Below are positions 20,731 through 30,821 of a DNA stretch of 64,000 nucleotides, one piece after another. The number at the start of each line of letters is the position of its first letter. Positions within the stretch are counted from its first letter, which is position 1. The translations under genes and the position numbers were made by a program. The notes under the pieces are model-generated. The model was not told where the DNA came from, ran no database searches, and saw only the letters and a list, made by a program, of their open reading frames with translations. Origin of the DNA: a candidate division WOR-3 bacterium (GTDB taxonomy: Bacteria > Hydrothermota > 32-111); the NCBI GenBank assembly GCA_037481815.1, contig JBBFKX010000001.1, positions 64,001-128,000 on the forward strand, written 5' to 3'.

Positions 20731-22672
20731 AAATTTTTTTATCGCTTTTTTAATCATATTTTCTTTCTTTTTGATTTTTTCTTCACCACAGATAGATTTT
20801 TTAAAGGATCCAGAAGGAAAAGATCTGTCAAACAATGGACAGGTGATAAAAAACAACCTAAAACATTTTCAGTTCAAGTTCGTTTCACAGGAAGACACGG
20901 CATACTATGTTCTCTGGGGAAAAGGTGAAGATACAGTTCTTGTTTTACCTGATTCTTTGAAAATTTTTAGAATAGATATAAACCCTTCAAGTTTAGAAAC
21001 AGGCAATTACCATCTTGAAATTTTAAACAAAAACAAAGAAAAAAAACTTGATTTCTATTTTAAAGTTGAGCAATCGTTTTCAATCTTTGAAACGGTTTTA
21101 AAACTCCTCTTCGGTCTTGTCCTGTTCATGCTCGGTTTGAAATTCTCATCAAAAGGCATTTCAAGGATTTCAGGATATAGATTGAAAGAGATACTCTGGA
21201 ACCTTTCTGGCTCTAATGTAAAAGGTTTTCTTTCAGGACTCATCCTTACTCTGATGATGCAATCATCAACACTCTTTTCGATAATGGTTTTATCTTTTGT
21301 TTCCGATGGGCTTCTGTCGATAGCAGGTTCAGTTTATATGTTTGCGGGATCAGCGATAGGGACTTCAATAATCGTTCAGATAATTTCTTTCAACATTTCT
21401 TTCTTCTCTTTTCTGATGATAATTTTTGGATTCTATCTTAACGATAAATACAAAAAGTTTAAATATGTTGGTCTTGTGATAATGGGTTTCGGGTTTATAT
21501 TCTTTTCGATCCAGTATATGGCAAATGTTATCACACCGATAAAGAATACTCAGATGTTTATAAACTTTTTAATTTTAATCGAGAACAATCTCTGGCTTCT
21601 CTTCATAGTTTTTGCGATTTTAACCTTTCTTGTCCATTCGTCAGCGGTCACAGTTGCTTTTGCGATTAGTTTGTTCACAACAGGTGTTATAACTTTTAAA
21701 TCAGCGGTTGTGATGGTCAGTGCAGCAAATCTTGGAACATCTTTTACAGCTTTTTTTGCTGCTTTAAAAGGTGGAAGTAAAGCGAAATATTTAAACTATA
21801 TCAATATAAGTTCAAGGGTTGTCACATCAATTCTTTTTATTCTGATAATGTTCAAATTTGAAAATATTTCCGGATATGTTTTAAAAAGTGGTCGAGATAT
21901 AGCAAACTTCCATCTCTATTACAACATCCTGTTCTCTTTGATAATTATAGTGATGCTCCCTCTTATTAACTATTTCTCAAAATTTTTGAAGCTCGAACGA
22001 CTTTCAAAAGATGGTGAAAAGATGCTGAAAGAGAGTATTGTCCAGAATCCAACTGTTGCACTCGGAAAAGCGCAGAGGGAAATTATCAAGATGTTTGAAA
22101 CTGTTGGAAGGATGCTTGAAAACAGTTTTTACATTTTGAAAACCAACGACTCAAACAGGTTGGCTGAAACCATAGAACTTGATAATATCGTTGATGACTA
22201 TGAAAAAGAGATCTCACTCTTTTTGGTTTCAATATATGAAGAAGAGGTCTCAGAAGTTGTTACAAGGAAAACAAAAGATTTACTGTTCATAGTAGATGAA
22301 CTTGAACATATAGGTGATGTTATAAGTAAAAACCTTATGATATCGTTGAAAAAGAAGATAAATGAAAACTATTATTTTTCAGATGAAGGTATTGATGAGA
22401 TAAAGAATTTTTATAATGAAATTTTGAAAACATACTCTCTAACTCTTGAGGCGTTCACTCTATATGATAAGAATTTAGCATCACAGGTATTACAGAGAAG
22501 AGAGTCAGTTTTGAATAAACTTTCTGAACTCCAGAATAAACATCTAAACAGATTAAAGGAAGGGCATAAAGAGTCGATCGAAACATCAACGCTTCACCTC
22601 GATATATTAAACGATTATGAAAGGATCAATTTTCATCTTTACAAAATCGCTTACAACATTTCAAAAGAATGA
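20702..22672 (+). CDS. Na+/Pi cotransporter with PhoU-like C-terminal domain (likely start ATG 20723)
   Basis: QSST and HSSA re-entrant motifs, ANLGT, DELEHIGD, ESIETSTLHLDIL. Confidence 0.9.
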   Translation: MIKTILKMFKNFFIAFLIIFSFFLIFSSPQIDFLKDPEGKDLSNNGQVIKNNLKHFQFKFVSQEDTAYYVLWGKGEDTVLVLPDSLKIFRIDINPSSLETGNYHLEILNKNKEKKLDFYFKVEQSFSIFETVLKLLFGLVLFMLGLKFSSKGISRISGYRLKEILWNLSGSNVKGFLSGLILTLMMQSSTLFSIMVLSFVSDGLLSIAGSVYMFAGSAIGTSIIVQIISFNISFFSFLMIIFGFYLNDKYKKFKYVGLVIMGFGFIFFSIQYMANVITPIKNTQMFINFLILIENNLWLLFIVFAILTFLVHSSAVTVAFAISLFTTGVITFKSAVVMVSAANLGTSFTAFFAALKGGSKAKYLNYINISSRVVTSILFILIMFKFENISGYVLKSGRDIANFHLYYNILFSLIIIVMLPLINYFSKFLKLERLSKDGEKMLKESIVQNPTVALGKAQREIIKMFETVGRMLENSFYILKTNDSNRLAETIELDNIVDDYEKEISLFLVSIYEEEVSEVVTRKTKDLLFIVDELEHIGDVISKNLMISLKKKINENYYFSDEGIDEIKNFYNEILKTYSLTLEAFTLYDKNLASQVLQRRESVLNKLSELQNKHLNRLKEGHKESIETSTLHLDILNDYERINFHLYKIAYNISKE

Positions 22673-23139
22673 TAGGAGGATTTATGATAGATGGTGTTTT
22701 CATAAAAGATTTAAAATACAACTGTGATGAGAGGGGACGGGTTATGGAGATTTTAAGGATAGATGATCCTTTCTTCACAAAATTTGGACAGGTCTATATG
22801 ACCACAAACTATCCTGGTGTTGTGAAAGCATGGCACTGCCATCAGAAGCAGATCGACTTTGTGTGCTGTGTTAAAGGGATGATCAAACTCGTGCTTTACG
22901 ATATGAGAGAAAATTCAAAAACATACAAAGAGTTGATGGAAATTTTTATCGGAGATTTTTCTCCAAAACTTGTTGTGATACCTCAGGGTGTTTACCATGG
23001 CTGGAAAAATATCGGAGAGTTTGAAAGCATCGTTGTTTCAACCATCAGTGAGCCATACAACAGAGAGAATCCTGATGAGTTGAGGTTACCTTATAATACT
23101 GACAAAATCCCGTACAACTGGGAAATAGTTTTCAAATAA
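22669..23139 (+). CDS. rmlC: dTDP-4-dehydrorhamnose 3,5-epimerase family cupin
   Basis: DERG, PGVVKAWHCH, YDMRENS.TY, IPQGVYHG. Confidence 0.75.
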   Translation: MIGGFMIDGVFIKDLKYNCDERGRVMEILRIDDPFFTKFGQVYMTTNYPGVVKAWHCHQKQIDFVCCVKGMIKLVLYDMRENSKTYKELMEIFIGDFSPKLVVIPQGVYHGWKNIGEFESIVVSTISEPYNRENPDELRLPYNTDKIPYNWEIVFK

Positions 23140-23147
23140 GGAGTATT

Positions 23148-24437
23148 ATGAAAATATCAGTTATTGGAACAGGTTATGTCGGACTTGTAACAGGAGTTGT
23201 CTTTGCACATCTTGGGCATAATGTTATATGTATGGATAAAAATGAGGAGAAGATTGAAAAGTTGAAAAAGGGAGTTATGCCTATCTATGAACCCGGGCTC
23301 GAAGAGATCGCAAACAAAAGTTATAAAGAGGGGAGATTGCATTATACCACTTCGATAAAAGAGGCAGTTGAAAAATCTGATATCATTTTTATAGCAGTTG
23401 ATACGATGCCTAAAAAGAACTGGCAGACAGATCTATCGAGTGTGAAAAAGGTTGCTGAGGATATCGGGAAGTATATGAACGGATACAAGATTATTGTTAA
23501 CAAATCAACTGTTCCTGTTGGAACAGGTGATCTTGTTGGAAAGATCATAAGAAAAAATTTAAAAAAAGATTACAAATTTGATATTGTTTCAAATCCCGAA
23601 TTTTTAAGAGAGGGACAGGCGATATACGATACTTTGCATCCTGATAGAATAATAATTGGAAGTGAATCGGTTGAGGCAGCGATGAAGGTTGTTGAACTCT
23701 ATCAGGAGATGAACAGTGTGATCAAAATAACGAAATTGAAAAGTGCAGAACTGATAAAGTATGCTTCAAACTCCTTTTTAGGAATGAAAATATCTTTCAT
23801 CAACTCGATCGCAGATTTAGCAGAAATAACGGGATCAGATGTGACCGAAATTGCTGAAGGCATGGGACTTGATAAAAGGATCGGAAGAGAGTTTTTAAAT
23901 GCAGGTATCGGTTATGGTGGATCATGTTTCCCAAAAGATATTGGTTCTTTGATATACACAGCAAAAAGTTTGGGTTATGATTTTGGTATTTTAAAAGAGG
24001 TCAAAAAGGTTAATGACAACAGAGTCAAAAGGTTTGTTGAGAAGATCAAAAAACATACAAATCTTTCGAACAAAAAAGTTGCGATTCTTGGACTTTCGTT
24101 CAAACCGAACACAGATGACATCAGGGAAGCACCATCTTTGAAACTTATAAACCTTCTGTTGAAGCAGAAAGCCAAAATCAAGGTCTTTGATCCTGTTGCT
24201 ATGGAAAATGTTAAAAAGGTTTTGAAAAATAGAGTTGAATATTCAACCAGTTTGTATAAGTGTGTTGAGGGAGTTGATCTGGTTGTTCTTGTAACAGAAT
24301 GGGATATTTTTAAAAATGCTGATATGAAAAAGATCAAAGATCTTATGAATGGAGATCTTTTCTTCGATGGAAGGAATGTTTACGACCCTGAGATAATGAA
24401 GTCGTTAGGGTTTAGATACTTCTCCGTTGGAAGGTAG
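23148..24437 (+). CDS. ugd: UDP-glucose 6-dehydrogenase
   Basis: GTGYVG, KSTVPVGT, NPEFLREG, GYGGSCFPKD, FKPNTDDIREAP, FDGRN. Confidence 0.95.
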   Translation: MKISVIGTGYVGLVTGVVFAHLGHNVICMDKNEEKIEKLKKGVMPIYEPGLEEIANKSYKEGRLHYTTSIKEAVEKSDIIFIAVDTMPKKNWQTDLSSVKKVAEDIGKYMNGYKIIVNKSTVPVGTGDLVGKIIRKNLKKDYKFDIVSNPEFLREGQAIYDTLHPDRIIIGSESVEAAMKVVELYQEMNSVIKITKLKSAELIKYASNSFLGMKISFINSIADLAEITGSDVTEIAEGMGLDKRIGREFLNAGIGYGGSCFPKDIGSLIYTAKSLGYDFGILKEVKKVNDNRVKRFVEKIKKHTNLSNKKVAILGLSFKPNTDDIREAPSLKLINLLLKQKAKIKVFDPVAMENVKKVLKNRVEYSTSLYKCVEGVDLVVLVTEWDIFKNADMKKIKDLMNGDLFFDGRNVYDPEIMKSLGFRYFSVGR

Positions 24438-25118
24438 ATTAGTATTTTTGAACAGGAAGGGATTAAAGTTGGTTTTACGATCAAACCAATCGATACCTTC
24501 AATCTTTTTCAGATGATTTACTATTATATAAGTTAGAGGTGTAAAAAATATTTCAACAAGTGTTTTGAAGATATAGTTAGATATTGCTATCGCAAGAAGA
24601 ACCCTTCCCCTGTACAGCCCATAGAATGCTATTAAAACAAAGAAAACTGTATCTAAAAACTCACCAACAACTGTTGAAGAGATAGTCCTTAAAAATAAAA
24701 ATCTTCCATTTGTAAAAACTTTCATCTTCGCAAGAATGAAAGAGTTTGAAAAGTTTCCAATAAGGTATCCTATCAAACTCGCAAGCACTATCCTTGGTGT
24801 GATTCCAAGAATGATATCATAATAATCCTGAAACTGCCATTCAGGTGATGGTGGAACTTTCCCAACGATGTAAATGTTTATACTCATAAGGAGTGCTGAA
24901 ATAAATCCGATCCAGATCACCCTTCGTGCCGACGAATATCCATAAACTTCTGTTAAAATATCTCCAAAGATGTATGATAGTGGAAACAGAAATGTTCCAC
25001 CATCAAAAGTGAATTTATAGAATGAAACGAGTTTTGTCGAAACGATGTTTGAAACGAGTAAAACGGAAATGAAAAGACCAGATACAATATCAATTGTTTT
25101 CCAGTTTTTCATTCTCAA
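24405..25118 (-). CDS. Queuosine precursor transporter (YhhQ/Vut_1 family)
   Basis: SNIVSTK, GGTFLFPLSYIFGDILTEVYG, PRIVLAS, RTISSTVVGE.LDT. Confidence 0.9.
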   Translation of the reverse strand: MRMKNWKTIDIVSGLFISVLLVSNIVSTKLVSFYKFTFDGGTFLFPLSYIFGDILTEVYGYSSARRVIWIGFISALLMSINIYIVGKVPPSPEWQFQDYYDIILGITPRIVLASLIGYLIGNFSNSFILAKMKVFTNGRFLFLRTISSTVVGEFLDTVFFVLIAFYGLYRGRVLLAIAISNYIFKTLVEIFFTPLTYIIVNHLKKIEGIDWFDRKTNFNPFLFKNTNLPSNGEVSKP

Positions 25119-25571
25119 CCATCTCCTTTATTTTTTTTGCAAATTCAGTAGCATCATGAAAATCATCAATATTTGGTCTTCCTCTGTTCAATCCACCAAA
25201 AAGTTTAAATATACCTCTATCATATTCTCCATAGGTCTGAAATTTACCTAAATATTTGACACCTTTACTTTTAAGTTTGAATTCGAGTTCATCAAGATAA
25301 CAGTCCTGATTTTTTCTACTCGTGCAGAATATAAAAAAGTATTTATCTTTACACAACTCTCATCAAGTTTATCAACAAGTTCTAAAACTGACCTGTGCGG
25401 TTTTCCGTTATAGATACCAGATCCAAGACCGATAAGATCATAATTTTTCAAATTCTTTACATTAAAATCTTTAGATCTTGCAATATCGCTGTGCAACTCT
25501 CTACCTATAACATGAGCTATTTTACTTGTATTCCCACGATGGTATGAAAAATATATAATTATACTGTTCAT
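25090..25571 (-). pseudogene. Flavodoxin-family gene split by a frameshift near 25350
   Basis: N-half MNSIIIYFSYHRGNTSKIA...YDLIGLGSGIY (ORF 25248-25595, ATG 25571) and C-half FFIFCTS...GGLNRGRPN (ORF 25090-25356) lie in different frames. Confidence 0.85.
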
Positions 25572-25653
25572 AATCTTTTTATAACATATAATCAAAAAAT
25601 GTCAAATGTTTTCTATTGACATTTTTGTAAAAGAATATATTTTTGTATAACTT

Positions 25654-27030
25654 ATGGAAAAGTATTTTAAAGATCCTGTCATAAAGAAAACCGTAAAGAT
25701 TTCCTACCTTGATGGAAGTTTTGCCCAGATTTTTTCAACTCTCGCTTCACCTGGAAGTGTGTTCGTTACAAAATTCTTAGTGTTTTTGAACGCTACACCT
25801 TTACATTTCGGTTTATACTCTTCGATAGGACAGATTTCTCAGATATTCCAGATCGTTGGAGTTATCTTAACAAAAGAGTTGAAAACTCGTAAAAAACTTG
25901 TTGTTGATTTTGCTTTCTGGGGAAGATTCCTCACGATTCTTTTTGGTTTTATTCCCTTTATTTTTTTGAAACAGGAAGCGATATACATCTTTTTAACTAT
26001 ATTTTTGATAAGTAACATTTTACAGACGATAAGTGCGAATATGTGGATCGCCTGGATTTCAGATATGATTCCTATAGATATCAGGGGAAGATTTTTTTCA
26101 AGAAGATCGCAGATTTTGATGGTTGTTGGACTTCTCACAGGTTATATTTTCTCAATTCTTTTTGATTTTCTGACGAAAAATGATGCAAAAATTTTAAAAA
26201 GTTTTTCTATATTCAAAGAACATAATGTTTCTTATGTTTTTCTTTTTATTTTTCTTGTTGCAACTGTTATGGGAATCATCGGAGTAAAAATTTTAAACAA
26301 CCAGCCCGAAAAGGAAAAAGAGATAGAAAAAGAGAGTATCAAAGAGTTTTTGACTTCACCTTTTAAGGATAAAAATTTTATCAGATTTCTTATTTACAAT
26401 GTTTGGTGGATGCTTGCTGTTGGAGTTGGTGCTCCTTTCTGGCAACCGTTTATGTTGAAAAATTTGAAGATGACACTTTTTGAGGTTCAGATATATGGAA
26501 CGATCAGCACGATTTCCGCTTTATATTTTTTAAGACCCTGGGGAGTTTTTATAGATAAATTTGGAAATAGAACTGCAATGAGGTTTGCTCTGATCCTTGG
26601 TGCTTTAAACCCATTGATCTGGGTTTTTGCAACAGAACAGACGAAATGGATAATCTATTTTGAAGCGTTCACCTCAGGTATGATGTGGTCAGGTGCAAAC
26701 ATCGTTGCAACAAATTTTGTTTTATCAATAGCACCTGACAATAAACGACAGATTTACACAGCGATACAGGGCACTATCTCAGGGCTTGCGATGATGTTTT
26801 CGATGATGATTTCAAGTATTCTTATTCCAAAACCATTAGCAATTTTTCATTTAAATTTATCTGGTGAACAGGTGCTATTTGCTTTAACAGGTATTTTGAG
26901 ATTAACAGCAGAGATTCCATTAACACTTGTCAGAGAAAAAAGAGGAAAACCCGCAAAATATGTTTTGCAATACATACATCAAACGATAAAAGGACGGATT
27001 GAGAGTTTGATTTCACCTGACAAAAAATAA
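25654..27030 (+). CDS. MFS transporter
   Basis: About 12 TMs; W..DMIP..IRGRFFS.R, WG.FIDKFGNR. Confidence 0.88.
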   Translation: MEKYFKDPVIKKTVKISYLDGSFAQIFSTLASPGSVFVTKFLVFLNATPLHFGLYSSIGQISQIFQIVGVILTKELKTRKKLVVDFAFWGRFLTILFGFIPFIFLKQEAIYIFLTIFLISNILQTISANMWIAWISDMIPIDIRGRFFSRRSQILMVVGLLTGYIFSILFDFLTKNDAKILKSFSIFKEHNVSYVFLFIFLVATVMGIIGVKILNNQPEKEKEIEKESIKEFLTSPFKDKNFIRFLIYNVWWMLAVGVGAPFWQPFMLKNLKMTLFEVQIYGTISTISALYFLRPWGVFIDKFGNRTAMRFALILGALNPLIWVFATEQTKWIIYFEAFTSGMMWSGANIVATNFVLSIAPDNKRQIYTAIQGTISGLAMMFSMMISSILIPKPLAIFHLNLSGEQVLFALTGILRLTAEIPLTLVREKRGKPAKYVLQYIHQTIKGRIESLISPDKK

Positions 27031-27079
27031 TTGAATTAAAATTTTTCTTATATATAATATAAGGTCTACAAAAGGAGGA

Positions 27080-28480
27080 TTGATGAAAAAAGTTGATATA
27101 AAGGATAAAGAATTTAAATGGATCGATTTAAAATTTACAGATCTTATCGGTAATTTCCACCATTTAACACTTCCAGCAAAAAATTATAATGAAATAAAGG
27201 AAAATGGTGTTGGTTTTGATTCATCGAGTTGCCCCGGATTTAAAAGTGTTGAAGGTGGAGATATGGTTTTGATGATCGATGAGGAAACAGGTTTTGAAGA
27301 CCCATTTTTTGAAGAACCAACGATTTCCTATTTTTGTTTTATAAAAGAGGCAGATACAAGAAAGGATTACTCAAGGGATCCAAGAACTGTTGCTTTGAAA
27401 GCACAGGAGTATCTTAAAAAGCAAAAGATTGCAACAGATGTTCTTTTTGGGCCTGAGTTTGAGTTTTATATTTTTGATAGAGTTGTTGTGAACAACAAAG
27501 AGAATCTTGCTGAATATAAAATTGAATCTTATGAAGGCAAGTTTGGATTTGATGAGTCGAATGTGAACGAGAGTGGTGAATTTTTGATGAAAAAATCAGG
27601 GTATCATTCGATCCCGCCAAAAGATAAGTTCACAGATATCAGAAGTAAAATCTCAAAAGTGATAATCGATTATGGAATCGACCTTATATACCATCACCAC
27701 GAGGTTGGTTCAGGTCAGAATGAAATTGAGATAAAAAGGTATCCACTTTTAAAAACAGGTGATAATGTTCAGATCATAAAATATTTCATAAAAAATCTTT
27801 GCTATCAGAACAACCTTTCGGCAACATTTATGCCGAAACCACTTTATGGAATGCCAGGCAACGGAATGCACTTCCATCAGCATCTTTTCAATGGAAACAA
27901 AAATCTTTTCTTCGGTAACGGTTATGGTGGACTCTCTGAAATCGGAGAGTACTATGTAGCAGGTCTTTTGAAACATGGTAAATCACTTCTTGCTTTCACA
28001 AACCCATCAACGAACTCATACAAACGACTTGTGAAAGGATTTGAAGCACCTGTAAAACTATTTTATTCACTTGCAAACAGATCAGCGGCGATAAGGATTC
28101 CAAAGTATGCGACGAGTGAAACTGAAAAGAGGATCGAGTTCAGACCACCAGATGGAACATGTAACTCATACCTTGCAACAGCAGCGATGCTCATGGCTGG
28201 TATAGATGGAATCAAAAATAAGATTTCACTCAAAGATAACAATTTTGGTCCCTATGAAGAGGATCTTGAAAAGATGGACAAAAAGGTTGTTGAAAAGATT
28301 GACTCATGCCCGACAAATCTTCTTGAAGCACTCGAAGAACTCAAAAAGGATCACGACTATCTACTTGCTGGTGGTGTTTTCACAGAGGATCTAATAAACG
28401 GCTATATTGAATACAAAGAGAAAGAAGCACTTGAAATGGAAAAAAGACCACATCCTTTTGAGTTTGAACTATATTTTTGA
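27080..28480 (+). CDS. glnA: Glutamine synthetase type I
   Basis: FTDL.G, GPEFEFY, HHHEV, ATFMPKP, GNGMHFH, NSYKRLV.GFEAP, NRSAAIRIP, RIEFRPPD. Confidence 0.97.
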   Translation: MMKKVDIKDKEFKWIDLKFTDLIGNFHHLTLPAKNYNEIKENGVGFDSSSCPGFKSVEGGDMVLMIDEETGFEDPFFEEPTISYFCFIKEADTRKDYSRDPRTVALKAQEYLKKQKIATDVLFGPEFEFYIFDRVVVNNKENLAEYKIESYEGKFGFDESNVNESGEFLMKKSGYHSIPPKDKFTDIRSKISKVIIDYGIDLIYHHHEVGSGQNEIEIKRYPLLKTGDNVQIIKYFIKNLCYQNNLSATFMPKPLYGMPGNGMHFHQHLFNGNKNLFFGNGYGGLSEIGEYYVAGLLKHGKSLLAFTNPSTNSYKRLVKGFEAPVKLFYSLANRSAAIRIPKYATSETEKRIEFRPPDGTCNSYLATAAMLMAGIDGIKNKISLKDNNFGPYEEDLEKMDKKVVEKIDSCPTNLLEALEELKKDHDYLLAGGVFTEDLINGYIEYKEKEALEMEKRPHPFEFELYF

Positions 28481-28520
28481 TTGACAAAAGTTTTATTCTT
28501 TATATACTAAATTTTTTCAC

Positions 28521-28610
28521 GGAGAGGTGGCCGAGTGGTCGAAGGCGGCGGATTGCTAATCCGTTGTAGTGGGAATACCGCTACCCCGGGTTCAAATCCC
28601 GGCCTCTCCG
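28521..28610 (+). tRNA. tRNA-Ser(GCT); CCA not encoded
   Basis: GGAGAGG/CCTCTCC-G acceptor; anticodon arm GCGGA-TT-GCT-AA-TCCGT; long variable arm; upstream TTGACA-16-TATACT promoter at 28481-28508. Confidence 0.95.
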
Positions 28611-28713
28611 TTTAATTTTTATCCCCCAATCTTTCTCTATCATAAAATTCATTTTTTTGTTGAAATTTAAAAATTTTTTAGGTAATATATTAAAAATAAA
28701 ATTAGGAGGGTTA

Positions 28714-29664
28714 ATGTACAATGAAAGTTTTGATAAATTAAATTATTCAGATATTTTTAAAAAATATCCATGGATTTTTGAGAATAACATGAAAGTTATA
28801 ATAAGCCCTGATGTTGATGGGATTTTATCTGGATTATTTATGTCAAATTACTTTAATTGGTTAATTGTAGGGTATTATGATGGAAAACAATTGGCCTTAA
28901 AAAAAGAAATAAATTTTAACGATTGTATTTTTCTTGATATGGAAATCTTTAGAAAAAATGTGAAAAGTTGTGGACATCATCTTGTATTATATAATAAAAA
29001 CAAAATTCCAAAAAACTGGGATAATTTTTCAAATTGTATTAATCCTAATATGCTTAGGAATTATGATGCAAATCAAAATTTTAAATATAAATATCCTTTT
29101 GCAATGATACATTTCCTTTTATCTGTGATTAGTTATAAAAAAAATATTTCTATTTCTGATTCAGCTATTTCACCATTATTATATGTTGATGGTACTTTTA
29201 AAAATTTATTAAATTATCCGGAAAATTGTATTAGTTGGTTAGAATTTTTAAATGCTAAAAATGCTAGTAGCCCTATTAATTCAATATACTGTATTTTCGC
29301 AAGAAGACGAATAAGTAATATTATACATGATTTAGAAAGAATATTTGAGAATTTTAAAATTATTGGAGGGAATAAAAGGAAATCTGATAAAATTGATATT
29401 TCTTTAATAAAAACATCAACAAAAGAATTCCCCTCCGAATATATCCAACAAATCAATAAGTTAATAACTTTTTTAAGTGAAAATACTCGATGGGAATTTG
29501 ATAAAGAAAAATGGACTTTTAAGGAACTAGAAATTATAAAGTTTGAGAAACAGATAAATCAAAAATTAAATAATAAGATTTACAATAATATAATTGATCA
29601 ACAACCACTTTCATTAGCAATTACTGCAACAAAAAGAATTGAATATACAATTATAAAGAGTTAA
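28714..29664 (+). CDS. Uncharacterised DHH-phosphoesterase-like protein, convergent with a DNA methyltransferase
   Basis: AGGAGG RBS + ATG 28714; SPDVDGILS, IFLDME, SCGHH and LLYVDGTF line up with DHH motifs I-IV. Confidence 0.65.
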   Translation: MYNESFDKLNYSDIFKKYPWIFENNMKVIISPDVDGILSGLFMSNYFNWLIVGYYDGKQLALKKEINFNDCIFLDMEIFRKNVKSCGHHLVLYNKNKIPKNWDNFSNCINPNMLRNYDANQNFKYKYPFAMIHFLLSVISYKKNISISDSAISPLLYVDGTFKNLLNYPENCISWLEFLNAKNASSPINSIYCIFARRRISNIIHDLERIFENFKIIGGNKRKSDKIDISLIKTSTKEFPSEYIQQINKLITFLSENTRWEFDKEKWTFKELEIIKFEKQINQKLNNKIYNNIIDQQPLSLAITATKRIEYTIIKS

Positions 29665-29678
29665 AAATTAAATTCAGT

Positions 29679-30485
29679 TCATTTAATGAAAAATAGTCCC
29701 ATTTCTTTTTCTATTCTTTTATATGCAAGATCACAATATTCTTTAGAAATTTCAAACCCTATAAATTTTCTACTTAATTTTAGTGCAGCAATTGCAGTTG
29801 TTCCACTTCCTATAAATGGATCCAGAACTATTCCCCCTTCAGGGCAAAAACACTGAATTAAATCAAAAGGCAACTTATCTGGAAATGTGGCCGGATGTAA
29901 ATGTTTTAATTTATCTCCATCACCACAAGTTAAATATTCCCATACAGTTCCTCTACATTTCATTTGATTAATTTTTATTTTTCTTGATTTTAATGTCTTT
30001 CCATTAGTGCATCTCGTTGCTCCTCCTGTCATTGTCACTCCAGCCCACTTTGATGGAATTTTTAGTGGTTCCTTATTGAAATACTGAGGTCTTTCTCCTT
30101 TTAAAAATATTGGCATATATTCATGATCAACTCTAAATCTTTGTTTCCACCAAGCCCCTTCTGCTCCATGTTTCCTATAAATTAGGCATTCAAACAACTT
30201 GAAGCCAGCATTATCACACCAATCAATAATTGTTCTAAATGATGTCAATGTTTTACCAAAATTTTTTGTTTGGTCCTGAATAACCATTGCAGCTATTCCG
30301 CCCTTTTTAAGAATTCTAAAAATTTCTTTTCCTACAAGAGAAAGATTTACATTAAAGCCATGATATTCTCTTATATTGTCATAAGGGGGTGAAGTTACCA
30401 CCATATCAATTGACTCTGAAGGTAATTGTTTCATTCCTTCAATACAATCTATATTGACAATTTTGTTTAAAAATTTTTCTACCAT
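29679..30485 (-). CDS. N4/N6 DNA methyltransferase, beta class (probably m4C)
   Basis: TSPPY catalytic motif before HPATFP and VLDPFIGSGTT (FxGxG), GFEIS. Confidence 0.93.
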   Translation of the reverse strand: MVEKFLNKIVNIDCIEGMKQLPSESIDMVVTSPPYDNIREYHGFNVNLSLVGKEIFRILKKGGIAAMVIQDQTKNFGKTLTSFRTIIDWCDNAGFKLFECLIYRKHGAEGAWWKQRFRVDHEYMPIFLKGERPQYFNKEPLKIPSKWAGVTMTGGATRCTNGKTLKSRKIKINQMKCRGTVWEYLTCGDGDKLKHLHPATFPDKLPFDLIQCFCPEGGIVLDPFIGSGTTAIAALKLSRKFIGFEISKEYCDLAYKRIEKEMGLFFIK

Positions 30486-30821
30486 AAAAACTTTATAGTT
30501 TTAATAGTTAATTATATAATTTTTAACAAAAAAATCAATTTACATTATCTTTGGAGTATAAAACTAAAATTTGTTGAATTTTAATTATTGATTTAAATCA
30601 AAAAAATTTTTATATTATATTTTCACCAGGAATGGTGTTTAACTTCTTGGCATTTTTGATTAAGAAGTAATTTAATAGATCAGTTTTTAAATAAGTATCA
30701 AAATAGGAAAAACACCAACACTCTTTCTATTAAAGCAAAAAATTAAAGATAATTTGGTATTGACAAAAAATTCTATTTTGATAAATTTTTTACATTAATT
30801 TATATAATTGGAGGGTTAAGT

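Noticed and set aside
25119..25250. preQ1 riboswitch upstream of the queuosine-precursor transporter
   Set aside because: The upstream sequence is flavodoxin coding DNA; no preQ1 motif recognised
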